47,306 nt of DNA, taken from Flavobacteriales bacterium. GTDB taxonomy: Bacteria > Bacteroidota > Bacteroidia > Flavobacteriales_F > PHOS-HE28. Position numbers and translations under genes: made by a program. Below the pieces are notes generated by a model. That model was not told the DNA's origin. It did not search any database and was given only the letters and a program-made list of their open reading frames with translations. Shown piece after piece: positions 36,425 through 45,265 of the stretch (positions within the stretch are counted from its first letter, which is position 1; each line of letters opens with the position of its first letter). Location of the stretch: assembly GCA_017998165.1 (NCBI GenBank), contig JAGODO010000002.1:1-47306 (forward strand). Reading direction: 5' to 3'.

Positions 36425-36585
36425 TCGTTCTGGCAGGAACGGGGCAATCTGAGAGGTTCCGGGCGAAAGCTAGCAATCAAAAAGTTATCAACAACTTATT
36501 CACGATCAGCCTGGCTGGAACCCCCTGCATACAGTGATCGTAGGAGAGGGACGAGAAACACAGTCCGTTCTCAACACCGCCGGCC

Positions 36586-37059
36586 ATGAACATCTCCACC
36601 GCCACAGTTCCTTGCGTGCTCTACCTCGACGACAACGGACCGAACCGGCAGGCCTTTCAAGCCGCTTTCCGCAAGGAGTTCAAGATCCTTCTCGCCTCCA
36701 CGGCGAACGAGGCTCTGCGATTGTTGGGTGAGCACACGGTGCATGTACTGATCGCTGACCAGCGCATGCCGGACATGTCCGGAAGCGAGGTGTTGAGACT
36801 GGTCCGAGACCGTCATCCTTCGGTGCGGCGGATGTTGGTGACCGCCTATGCGGACCTGCAGGCCATCGTGGATGCGCTGAACCAGGGGGGTGTGTGCTAC
36901 TACATCCAGAAGCCTTGGGAGGAAGATCACGTTCGGCGGGCTGTGAGCGCCGCTTTCGCCGAATTCATGGCCGATGAAGAACGCACCGCATTGACGGCCC
37001 GCCTCATCGAGAGCAACCGGCAGCTGGAATTCGCCTTGCGCCAACGACTGCTCTCCTAG
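36586..37059 (+). CDS. Response regulator receiver with short C-terminal helical tail
   Basis: 157 aa. VLYLDDNGPNRQAF..., VLIADQRMPDMSGSEVL, LVTAYAD, YIQKPW. Same REC subtype as the receiver of the hybrid kinase at 29667-31199. Confidence 0.8.
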   Translation: MNISTATVPCVLYLDDNGPNRQAFQAAFRKEFKILLASTANEALRLLGEHTVHVLIADQRMPDMSGSEVLRLVRDRHPSVRRMLVTAYADLQAIVDALNQGGVCYYIQKPWEEDHVRRAVSAAFAEFMADEERTALTARLIESNRQLEFALRQRLLS

Positions 37060-37132
37060 GCGGTCGTCACTCTTCCGTCGGATGGCCCCGCCCTGGTAGC
37101 GGCTGTCACGAAATGCGGGATCTTCGCCGCCC

Positions 37133-39013
37133 ATGTTGCCCGTCTCTTGCCTCCGCCGTTCCGTTTGGGTCGCCGTACTCCATTGCATCATCGTTCAACC
37201 TGCGGTCAGCCAATGTGACCGTTGGCAACAACGCATCAAGTGCGGTATGTCCGTCGAACTCGACGTGAAGACCCACCGCTTCACCGGTATCGAAAAGCTG
37301 GTTTACCAGAACAACAGCCCGGATACGCTCCACCAGCTGTTCTTCCATTTGTACTTCAACGCGTTCAAACCCGGCAGTGAGATGGATCTGCGGTCGCGCA
37401 CCATCGCCGATCCCGACCAGCGCGTGGGGGACCGGATCCTCACGCTGTCGCCTGCGGAACAGGGCGACCTGCATTGCGCCGCCATGTTCCAGGACGGCAA
37501 GCCGGTGCGGCTGGAGGAACTCGGCACCATCCTCCGGGTGGTCCTGGCCAAGCCCCTCCTGCCGAAAAAGTCCACAACGATCACGTTCGACTTCAACGGC
37601 CAGGTGCCGGTGCAGATCCGACGCAGTGGCCGGGACAGCCAGGAGGGTATCGCGTACAGCATGACGCAATGGTTCCCGAAGGTCGCCGCGTATGACCATG
37701 AAGGCTGGCATCCCGATCCGTACGTGGGCCGTGAGTTCTATGGGGAGTGGGGAGACTACGACGTGCGCCTGACGTTGGACAGCTCATATACGGTAGCCGC
37801 GTCGGGCGCATTGGAGAACGCGGCATCCATCGGGCATGGATACGCCGCGTTGACCAAACCGAAAAAACGCATGGACGGAAAGTTGGAGTGGCACTTCATC
37901 GCCAAGGACGTGCATGACTTCGGCTGGTCCGCGGATCCGGACTACACGCATCTGACCGCTCAGGTCCCCGGAGGGCCCTTGCTGCATTTCATCTATGAGG
38001 ACAATGGTGAAAGCGCCCCGACATGGAAGGAACTGCCGGCCTACATGGTGAAGCACTTCCAGTTCATGGCCGCCCGGTTCGGCGCTTATCCCTATCCGCA
38101 CTTCACGTTCGCGCAGGGCGGCGACGGTGGGATGGAGTACCCGAACCTGACGTTGATAACGGGCAGCCGGCGGTTGGGAAGCCTGGTCGGCGTGAGCGTG
38201 CATGAGAGCGTTCACAACTGGTACTACGGTATGCTCGCCAGCGACGAAGGCAGTTTCCCCTGGATGGACGAAGGCTTCACCGAGTACGCGAGCAGCGAAG
38301 TGATGCGCGAACTGTTCCCCGGACAGCAACAGGGGAGAACGCATGCCGATGCGACCGAAGCCTACCTGCAGCTCGCCGCGAGCGACGCACATGAGCCCAT
38401 GAGCACGCACGCGGACCATTTCCGCACCAACCGGGGATACGGCGCCACGGCCTACAGCAAGGGCGAGTTCTTCCTCGACCAGTTGGGAGCGGTGATCGGG
38501 GACAGCACGCTGCACAGGGGATTGCTCCGTTACTACGCGGTCTGCCGGTTCAAACATCCGGAGCCGATCGATGTCCGCCGCGTGATGGAGAAGGAGAGCG
38601 GGATCCAGCTCGACTGGTACTTCGATGAATGGATCAATTCGACACGCGAGCTGGACTATGCGGTGAAGGCGGTGCTCGGACGCGACGACAGCACCTGGAT
38701 CACGCTCAGGCGGGTGGGGGAGATGATCATGCCGGTGGACGTGGCCGTGGCCGATGGGGCCGGTGAGGTGTCCTTGTTCCACATCCCCCTGTCGCTGATG
38801 CTCGGTGCCCGGAAGGAGGGTCCGGAAGGCCGCCTCCAGACCGTTCTCGTTCCCTGGATATGGACCGATCCCGAGTACACGTTCAAATTGCCCGTTCCAT
38901 TGGGCCGGTTGCGCCTGGTCACCCTCGATCCTCAGAACCGGCTGCCCGACAAGGATCGGAGCAACAACGTTGTGGAGTTGCCGTCCGGCACACAGGGGAT
39001 CGTCAGGCCCTGA
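37133..39013 (+). CDS. M1 family zinc metallopeptidase (aminopeptidase N-like)
   Basis: 626 aa. GGMEYPNL (GxMEN-type exopeptidase motif), zinc site VHESVHNWYY (HExxH), and WMDEGFTEY (third ligand Glu). Confidence 0.85.
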   Translation: MLPVSCLRRSVWVAVLHCIIVQPAVSQCDRWQQRIKCGMSVELDVKTHRFTGIEKLVYQNNSPDTLHQLFFHLYFNAFKPGSEMDLRSRTIADPDQRVGDRILTLSPAEQGDLHCAAMFQDGKPVRLEELGTILRVVLAKPLLPKKSTTITFDFNGQVPVQIRRSGRDSQEGIAYSMTQWFPKVAAYDHEGWHPDPYVGREFYGEWGDYDVRLTLDSSYTVAASGALENAASIGHGYAALTKPKKRMDGKLEWHFIAKDVHDFGWSADPDYTHLTAQVPGGPLLHFIYEDNGESAPTWKELPAYMVKHFQFMAARFGAYPYPHFTFAQGGDGGMEYPNLTLITGSRRLGSLVGVSVHESVHNWYYGMLASDEGSFPWMDEGFTEYASSEVMRELFPGQQQGRTHADATEAYLQLAASDAHEPMSTHADHFRTNRGYGATAYSKGEFFLDQLGAVIGDSTLHRGLLRYYAVCRFKHPEPIDVRRVMEKESGIQLDWYFDEWINSTRELDYAVKAVLGRDDSTWITLRRVGEMIMPVDVAVADGAGEVSLFHIPLSLMLGARKEGPEGRLQTVLVPWIWTDPEYTFKLPVPLGRLRLVTLDPQNRLPDKDRSNNVVELPSGTQGIVRP

Positions 39014-40190
39014 CGCCCGCGCGGAGCAACTCGCTCAAGTGGCCATGGATCGCCGTCCCCGCGCTGTCCCAGTTGAGCCGCTCCTCGAACTGCGCGCGGC
39101 TCCGCAGGGCCATGGCACGGTAGGCTGAAGGATCGCTGAAGACCTCGGCGATGCGGTCGGCCCAGTCGCTCGCGGGCGCGTCCGGCGGGAACAGGTGACC
39201 ATTGATGCCGGGTTTCACCACTTCGCCAACGCCACCCACGTCATTGGCGAAGGCGGGTACGCAGAAGGCATTCGCTTCGCAAAGCACCAGTCCAAGGCAA
39301 TCCGCCAGGGTGGGCAGCAGCAGGAAATGCGATGAGGCGAACAGTGAATCGATCCGATCGCGGCCCTCCTGGGTCTCCTTCGAAATGAAGCCGTGGGCGG
39401 TGGCCCAAGCGGGCATAACATCCACCTCAGGTTGGCAGCCCACCAGATCGATGCGGGTACGCAGCCCACGTTCGTTCAGTATGCGCGCCGCTTCCAGGGC
39501 TTTCGCACCGCCTTTGAAGGCCCAATTCACCCCCATGAACAGCAACCGGCATTCGCCGTCGGGGCGCTTGTCCAGTTCCTGCAGGACCACATCCGTGTCC
39601 GGTGACCGGGTGAAATTCGCACCGAACGGCACCACACGGATCTTCGACTCGTCCACCCGATAGTGTTCACGCGCCGTTTGCGCCGCCCACTGGCTCGCGT
39701 AGATGGCCAGATCGCAATTGTCCAACGAGGCCTGTTCGAGCCGATGTCCTTCGGCCAGGTAACTCTTCGGATAGGACTTCCACGCCGGATCGCCCGCCAG
39801 AATGCCCGCGAACGTGGCATCCGTGTAGAACACCTTCGGGCGCTTGGTCTTCAGAAGGGAGATGGGGATGCTGCTGGGGGAGAAGATCATGTCGGAGCGG
39901 CTGGTCATCAAATGCTCGCGGATGCGCCGGGCGAAGAGCTCGGCCATGCGTTCGGTGCGCTCCACCGGGAACATCTCACCCAGCCGCGCCATCTTCGAGA
40001 GCTTGTTCACCGCTTTGTGCACGAACACCTGGTTCTTGGCCAGTTCCCCGAGATATTCCATGCACACGCCTTTGGCCTCCAATGCCTGAGCAACGTGGTA
40101 AACAGTGCCGCTCCAGGCGCGCACGTTCTTGGGGTCGTAGGTGGTGGCGTATGTTAGGCTCAGTCCCTCGGGGCGGTCGCTCTTGCTCAT
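39003..40190 (-). CDS. GT4 family (GT-B fold) glycosyltransferase
   Basis: The ORF is open to 40241 (alternative ATG). I prefer ATG 40190 because the 17 extra codons have poorer GC3. The C-terminal half has LLFMGVNWAFKGG..., HFLLLPTLADCLGLVLCEANAFCVPAFANDVGGVGEVV (E-x7-E region). The 3' end overlaps the convergent M1 peptidase gene by 11 nt. Confidence 0.8.
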   Translation of the reverse strand: MSKSDRPEGLSLTYATTYDPKNVRAWSGTVYHVAQALEAKGVCMEYLGELAKNQVFVHKAVNKLSKMARLGEMFPVERTERMAELFARRIREHLMTSRSDMIFSPSSIPISLLKTKRPKVFYTDATFAGILAGDPAWKSYPKSYLAEGHRLEQASLDNCDLAIYASQWAAQTAREHYRVDESKIRVVPFGANFTRSPDTDVVLQELDKRPDGECRLLFMGVNWAFKGGAKALEAARILNERGLRTRIDLVGCQPEVDVMPAWATAHGFISKETQEGRDRIDSLFASSHFLLLPTLADCLGLVLCEANAFCVPAFANDVGGVGEVVKPGINGHLFPPDAPASDWADRIAEVFSDPSAYRAMALRSRAQFEERLNWDSAGTAIHGHLSELLRAGVRA

Positions 40191-40332
40191 ATCGGGCGCG
40201 GATACACGTAGCGGCGGAAAGTAGCGGGTCTTCATTCCCATGGCCGCATACCTGTTCGACAGGCGCCGCAGGAGGAACGACGGGACCGTGCTTTCAACAT
40301 GTGGGGCAAATTTCCGGGTGTGCCGATGAATG

Positions 40333-40367
40333 AAAAGGGGCCATGGACCTTTCGGTACACAGCCCCC
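40333..40367 (-). terminator. Weak terminator-like hairpin with T-run downstream of EF-G2
   Basis: On the minus strand: GGGGC-(20 nt)-GCCCC followed by TTTTC, starting about 18 nt after the stop at 40385. The stem is short, so the call is tentative. Confidence 0.3.
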
Positions 40368-40384
40368 GGTTCATGATCAGTGGA

Positions 40385-42514
40385 TCAGGCCGCGACCTCC
40401 TCCTCCTTGTGGCCGGTCACCAGCTTGTGCTGCAAGTCGCTCGGGACCGGCTGGTACGCATGGAATTTCTCCGCGTAGGTGCCACGTCCCTGGGTGAGAC
40501 TGCGCAACGTGGTGCTGTACCGGTCCAGCTCGGCCAGCGGCGTGTGGGTCCTGATGATCTGGTAGCGACCCTGACCATCAACGCCCATCACGATGGAGCG
40601 TCGGCCCTGGAGGTCGGTCATCACATCGCCCATCAGGTCGGCGGGCACGCGCACCTCGACCTCCTGCACCGGTTCCATCAACTGCGGGTCCGCATTGTTG
40701 AAGGCTTCGCGGAACGCCTGCAGGCCGGCGATCTTGAAGCTGATGTCGTTGCTGTCCACGGGGTGCATCTTCCCGTCGTACACGATCACCCGGATGTCGC
40801 GTGCGGGCGATCCGGTCAGTGGTCCTTTGTCCATCTTCTCCATCACGCCCTTCAGGATGCTCGGCATGAATTTGTTGTCGATCACCCCTCCGACGATGCA
40901 GTTGTAGAAGACCAGCTTCCCGCCCGTGGCCAGGTCGAGCTCCTCCTTCCCGCGAACACTTACCCCGGTCGGCTCCGCTATGCCGTCGTACCAAGGCTCG
41001 ATGCGCAGATGTACCTCGCCGAACTGGCCGCTGCCACCGGTCTGTTTCTTGTGCCGGTAGCTCGCGTCCGCACCCTTCCGGATGGTCTCCCGATACGGGA
41101 TCCGCGGGGCCTGGAAATCAACGTCCACCTTGTAGTGGTGGCTCAGTTTCCACTTCAGCAGGTTCAGGTGCAGTTCACCCTGGCCGCCCACGATCTGTTG
41201 GCCCGTTTCCCGCTGGTACGTGAGCACGATGGTGGGGTCCTCTTTCTGGATCTCGAGAAGCGCCGCGTGCAGCTTCTCTTCCAGCTTCAGGTCCTTCGCT
41301 TTGATCACCTGCCGCAAGCGCGGCTCCGGAAAGGCGATGGGCTGGAGTTTGATCGACCTGCCCGGGGTGTGCAGTGTGTGGGCCGTCGCCGTGTCCTTCA
41401 ATTTGATCGTGCCGCCGATGTCCCCGGCCACCAGTTTCTCCACCGGCCTGCGCTCATGACCGTCCAGGATGAACAGCTGGTTCACGCGTTCCGACCCGCC
41501 GCTGTTGTCGTTGATCAGGTCCATGCCTTCGCGCACCTCACCGCTCATCACCTTGAACAGGGTGATGTGACCGCTCTTCGGTTCGATCATGGTCTTGAAG
41601 GTGAAGAGCACGGCCGGGCCGCCGGCTTCGCAGCGCAATTCCCCACCGCCGACCAGTTCCTCCGCCGGCATCTCGATAGCGCTGGGGGCCACGTTGTCGA
41701 TGAAGCCCATCAGGCGGCCGCTGCCCATGTTGCGCAGGGCGCTCAGGCAGAAGACAGGGAAGCACGAGCGCTTCATCATGCCCTGCTTCAGCCCCATGCG
41801 CATCTCATCCTCATCGAGCTCCCCTTTGTCGAAGTAGTGCTCCATGAGCGTCTCGTCGTTCTCGGCGGCTTTTTCCACCAGTTCCTTGTGCAGCGCCTCC
41901 GCCCGCTGCTTCTCGTTCTCAGGGATCGGTTGTTTCTCCGGTTTCCCCCCCGCGTCCTTGAAAACGTACATGGTCATCTTCAGCAGGTCGATGATGCGGT
42001 GGAACCCGTCGCCTTGTTCCACGGGGTATTGCATCACTGTGACCGCACTGCCGAAGTGCTCCTTCGCTTGTTCGATGGTCGCATCGAAATCGGCGTTGGC
42101 ATGGTCGAGCTGATTCACGCCGATGATCACCGGACGCTCATACCGTTGCATGTGCTCCCAGACCAGGTCCGTGCCGACCTCAACGCCGTGGTGCGCGTTG
42201 AGCAGTAGCACGCAGGTATCCGCCACGCGCAGCGCAGGCACCGTTTCGCCGATCAGGTCGTCCAGGCCCGGCGTATCGATGATGTTGATCTTGTAGTTCC
42301 TCCACTCGGTGTGCAGCACGGTGCTGTACACGCTGCTTCCTCGCTCGTGCTCCAGATCGTGGTAGTCGCTCACCGTGTTCTTGTCTTCGACCCGGCCGCG
42401 GCGTGGAATAAGACCCGCTTCGAAGAGCATGGTTTCGGCCAGCGTGGTCTTGCCGCATCCGTGGGAGCCCAGCAGCACGACGTTCTTGATGTGCTTGTCA
42501 TCGAACACTTTCAT
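40385..42514 (-). CDS. Elongation factor G paralog (EF-G2 type, catalytic His replaced)
   Basis: 709 aa with five-domain EF-G architecture. P-loop GSHGCGKTT, G3 IIDTPGLDDL (canonical DTPGH has Leu at codon 84, bases 42265-42263), G4 NQLD instead of NKxD. Confidence 0.9.
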   Translation of the reverse strand: MKVFDDKHIKNVVLLGSHGCGKTTLAETMLFEAGLIPRRGRVEDKNTVSDYHDLEHERGSSVYSTVLHTEWRNYKINIIDTPGLDDLIGETVPALRVADTCVLLLNAHHGVEVGTDLVWEHMQRYERPVIIGVNQLDHANADFDATIEQAKEHFGSAVTVMQYPVEQGDGFHRIIDLLKMTMYVFKDAGGKPEKQPIPENEKQRAEALHKELVEKAAENDETLMEHYFDKGELDEDEMRMGLKQGMMKRSCFPVFCLSALRNMGSGRLMGFIDNVAPSAIEMPAEELVGGGELRCEAGGPAVLFTFKTMIEPKSGHITLFKVMSGEVREGMDLINDNSGGSERVNQLFILDGHERRPVEKLVAGDIGGTIKLKDTATAHTLHTPGRSIKLQPIAFPEPRLRQVIKAKDLKLEEKLHAALLEIQKEDPTIVLTYQRETGQQIVGGQGELHLNLLKWKLSHHYKVDVDFQAPRIPYRETIRKGADASYRHKKQTGGSGQFGEVHLRIEPWYDGIAEPTGVSVRGKEELDLATGGKLVFYNCIVGGVIDNKFMPSILKGVMEKMDKGPLTGSPARDIRVIVYDGKMHPVDSNDISFKIAGLQAFREAFNNADPQLMEPVQEVEVRVPADLMGDVMTDLQGRRSIVMGVDGQGRYQIIRTHTPLAELDRYSTTLRSLTQGRGTYAEKFHAYQPVPSDLQHKLVTGHKEEEVAA

Positions 42515-42772
42515 GGTTGGTAGGGTTGGTTGGTTGAACGTTCCCCACCGTGGAGGTCGCCCTCTTCCACCAGCCCCTTTTCCCTAGCAGGAGCGGCGGC
42601 AACAGGTTGACGCGCGGAGGATGGCTTTGAAATTAACCGTTCTCCCGGTTCCCAACCAAACACCACTCGAATTCAGGGGTTCGGCCAACGACAAAGCCCC
42701 GATACCCAGGCCCAGGACGAAGCTCCGGGGTCATCCGGGGTCGGGGCTCTGAATGGTACGGTAGGGGGAGAC

Positions 42773-42964
42773 CTAGTTGAAGACCTCGATCGCCCGCTCA
42801 CCTTGGAGCTTGCGGAAGCGGTTCACCACCTCCTCATAGCTCGTTGGCAGGTTCAGGTCCTTGAACGGGCAGAATTCCACGGCACCGCTGTTGCTGTACT
42901 CGCTGTAGCACCGTTTCGTCTCCTCTGTTCCATTGCTGGTGTTCTGCATCCGCTTCTCCATCAA
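42773..42964 (-). CDS. Small hypothetical protein (63 aa)
   Basis: Strong host-like third-position GC bias throughout (gag aag cgg atg cag aac acc agc ...), acidic with two Cys. No family recognised. Confidence 0.5.
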   Translation of the reverse strand: MMEKRMQNTSNGTEETKRCYSEYSNSGAVEFCPFKDLNLPTSYEEVVNRFRKLQGERAIEVFN

Positions 42965-43165
42965 CTTCCGTCGGGTGTTGGTTCCATCGCCGCTCCTTGC
43001 AAAAGCGACGGGTCGAATATACAGGGGCTGTTAACCATGGGATAACAATGGCCACCCGGACTTGTTCGGCGGCTTTCCATGAAGAGGGCGGCGTTGATGA
43101 TCCTCCGTCAACGCTCCCCGCAGGACCCGACGAGGAGGATACTTTCGCCTGAAAGACCTCATCCG

Positions 43166-43813
43166 ATGAGACGTATTATCGTTCTGTTGGCCGCGCTCAG
43201 CCTCAGCGCCACGGGTTTTGGCCAGGTGAACGCCAAGGGTACGTTCCAACTGGGCCTGGGTGCGAGCTTGGGGGTGTTCAACACGAAGTTCGAGAACAGC
43301 TTTGCGCTGCCGGGAACCGCTCGGGTTTCCAATTCTTCGGAGGATGGTGCAGCGACCATCTCCTATCCACTGGACCTGCAAGGGGGGCTCTCTGACCGTT
43401 TCAGCTTGGGGCTTTGCCTGGAACCCGGCCAGTACATCGATTCGGCAGGCACGCACCCCAATGGCTTCTTCATCCTGAGCATCGAACCGCGGTTCTATGT
43501 GCTGAACAAGGAACACTTCGCCATCCACCTCAACGCGGACCTGGGCATCAGCGCGCTGCGCATACGGACGGGGGAAGGGACCTCGGCGGAATTCGACGAC
43601 TCCTACGCCGGCGGGCATTTCCGCTTCGGGGCCCAGGCGCAGTACTACTTCGGCAACACATTCGGCCTGAACTTCGGGTTCAAGCTCGCCAGCCACAGCC
43701 TGAAGTGGCGCGACCGTGATCCGGGGAACTCACTGCTCGACCAGATCGACTATGAAGCCGAGCTCAAGACAAGTGGTGTTCAATTCCAGCTGGGGGCGCA
43801 GGTGAAATTCTGA
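43166..43813 (+). CDS. Outer-membrane beta-barrel protein (OmpW/porin-like small barrel)
   Basis: Start re-picked at ATG 43166 (MRRIIVLLAALSLSATGFGQ). Alternating amphipathic strands and a terminal aromatic (...GVQFQLGAQVKF), typical of OM barrels. Confidence 0.7.
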   Translation: MRRIIVLLAALSLSATGFGQVNAKGTFQLGLGASLGVFNTKFENSFALPGTARVSNSSEDGAATISYPLDLQGGLSDRFSLGLCLEPGQYIDSAGTHPNGFFILSIEPRFYVLNKEHFAIHLNADLGISALRIRTGEGTSAEFDDSYAGGHFRFGAQAQYYFGNTFGLNFGFKLASHSLKWRDRDPGNSLLDQIDYEAELKTSGVQFQLGAQVKF

Positions 43814-43829
43814 AGAAGAAAACGGAGAG

Positions 43830-43849
43830 CCCCGGTTGAAACTCCGGGG
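43830..43849 (+). terminator. Short hairpin after the barrel-protein gene
   Basis: CCCCGG-TTGAAACT-CCGGGG, 17 nt after the stop. No T-run follows, so this is weak. Confidence 0.3.
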
Positions 43850-44047
43850 AATGCGGAGTGGGACGGGAAACCGTAGCGCAGGTCAATGGCGAAGGTGAAC
43901 CGGGAATGGACGCGGATGAACGTTGATAGCGCTGCGGTTCAACTGCCGTGGCGTCGCGAGGAGATGCCCTCCCGCGTTCATTCACGGTTTTTCTCTTCGC
44001 AGCCTCAAGGATGCATTCCGAGGCGACGAACCGGATCAAGTTGAACC

Positions 44048-44905
44048 TCAGAGAATGTCGAAGTCCATCGCCTGGAAGCGCACGCGGGCGGCCGTGAGCT
44101 TGCGGTCCTTGCCGGTGAGGTCCTTGAAGATGAGGTTCAACGGCGACGGGCGGAAGCGCATCGGGACATTGAGGTAGAAGGAGCCGCCCCAGCGCATCGA
44201 TGGGTCCAGTCCGATCCACGTTTTCATGCGGACGCTACCGGTCTCCTCCGGGGCGCAACCATCGAAGCGTTCGCTCGGATAAGAACCCAGCACGTAACGC
44301 GCACCGAATTGCGAGCGGTCGCTCAACAGCATGCGCTGTTCACCGCTGCGTTTCAGCTTGTAGCGATAGGTCGGATGCGACAGCCGCCAGCGGATGGCCG
44401 CATCGCTCCATACCCGTTCGTAGTCTGTTGAAGCCTTCGCATCACGGCAAGGGAGCTGGCCGATACCGACCATTGCTCGGAGCGGCGAAACCAGCTGGAA
44501 GCCCAGCTTCTTGATGAATCCGTGCGTGCTGCTCGCGTTCGCCACGCCCACGACGAAGCCGAAGCCTTTCTCCTTCGCGTGGGCATAGGTGGCGTTGGCC
44601 AACTTCGTGAAGAGGCCCTTCCCTTGGTGTACAGGATGCGTTGCCGTGTTCAAGGAAAGCAGGCCCCGTTCTTCAGCACCATGCACGCGCGCCGTCAATG
44701 GAATGGTGACGTAATGCGCCGCGAGCACCGCGTCCAGCCAGGCATTGTATCCGACCACATGGCCATCCGGGTTGTCGCGGTACTGCCAGCTCACCGCCTC
44801 GTCCGTGAAGTGCTCCGCATCCGGGAACACTGTACGCAGCAGCACGGCGATCTCCACGATGTCCGCATCGGAGACGGTGACGGGTTTCAGCGTGTAGTCG
44901 CTCAT
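44048..44905 (-). CDS. GNAT family N-acetyltransferase with extended C-terminal domain
   Basis: The track ORF runs to 45319, but the 5' part crosses the riboswitch and inverted-repeat region. ATG 44905 gives MSDYTLKPVTVSDADIVEIAVLL. GNAT motif A THPVHQGKGLFTKLANATYAHAKEKGF. Confidence 0.75.
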   Translation of the reverse strand: MSDYTLKPVTVSDADIVEIAVLLRTVFPDAEHFTDEAVSWQYRDNPDGHVVGYNAWLDAVLAAHYVTIPLTARVHGAEERGLLSLNTATHPVHQGKGLFTKLANATYAHAKEKGFGFVVGVANASSTHGFIKKLGFQLVSPLRAMVGIGQLPCRDAKASTDYERVWSDAAIRWRLSHPTYRYKLKRSGEQRMLLSDRSQFGARYVLGSYPSERFDGCAPEETGSVRMKTWIGLDPSMRWGGSFYLNVPMRFRPSPLNLIFKDLTGKDRKLTAARVRFQAMDFDIL

Positions 44906-44985
44906 GCTTGGTTGCCAAGATAGCCCGGCCTCGTGTAACACCTCCGGTCGTTCTTCCGCATAAAAGGAAGCAGTGGCAAGGTCCA

Positions 44986-45067
44986 CAGATGACGCCGATG
45001 ACACAGATGCGGCCGGAGGCTGAAAGCGCGGCTGTCCCATCATTATCCGTGTCATCGGCGTCATCTG
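44986..45067. repeat. Perfect 19-bp inverted repeat with 44-nt spacer, immediately upstream of the riboswitch
   Basis: CAGATGACGCCGATGACAC (44986-45004) and GTGTCATCGGCGTCATCTG (45049-45067) are exact reverse complements. Pairing extends to 23 nt with one mismatch (TCCA/TCCG flank). Confidence 0.85.
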
Positions 45068-45074
45068 CGGAAAA

Positions 45075-45265
45075 CCTGTCCGGTGGATCGCGCTCCGTCT
45101 ACATTCGCCGCGCGTTCGGCCAAGGGAATCCCGTGAGATCCGGGGGCTGTTCCCGCAGCTGTGAACCATCGTAAAGCCGCTTGCACGAAGCCACTGGTCA
45201 TCGAGGGATGATCGGGAAGGCGCAAGGGGAAAGGGTGGTGAGCCAGAAGACCTGAACCGGCGCAC
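45075..45265 (+). promoter_or_regulatory. Cobalamin (B12) riboswitch
   Basis: Conserved core elements occur in the right order: AAGGGAATCCCGTGAGATCCGGGGGCTGTTCCCGCAGCTGTGAA (45122-45165; compare the E. coli btuB leader AGGGAATCCAGTGCGAATCTGGAGCTGACGCGCAGCGGTAA), GCCACTG (45190-45196), GGGAAGGC (45214-45221), and B12 box AGCCAGAAGACCTG (45241-45254). Candidate P1 is CCGGT (45080-45084) with ACCGG (45256-45260). Confidence 0.85.

Noticed and set aside
36425-36585. Search for a precursor-peptide ORF or -7 box in the divergent region upstream of the E1-nitroreductase gene
   Set aside because: Only an 11-codon ORF (MQGVPARLIVNK) with no leader/core-like features was found. The AT-rich patch (TAACTTTTTG on the minus strand) only loosely fits TAnnTTTG. 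This is too weak to annotate.
40343-42208. 621-aa plus-strand ORF
   Set aside because: It is antisense to the EF-G2 gene, which has unmistakable GTPase and EF-G domain motifs. The ORF's own translation is His/Val/Leu/Arg-rich with no motif.
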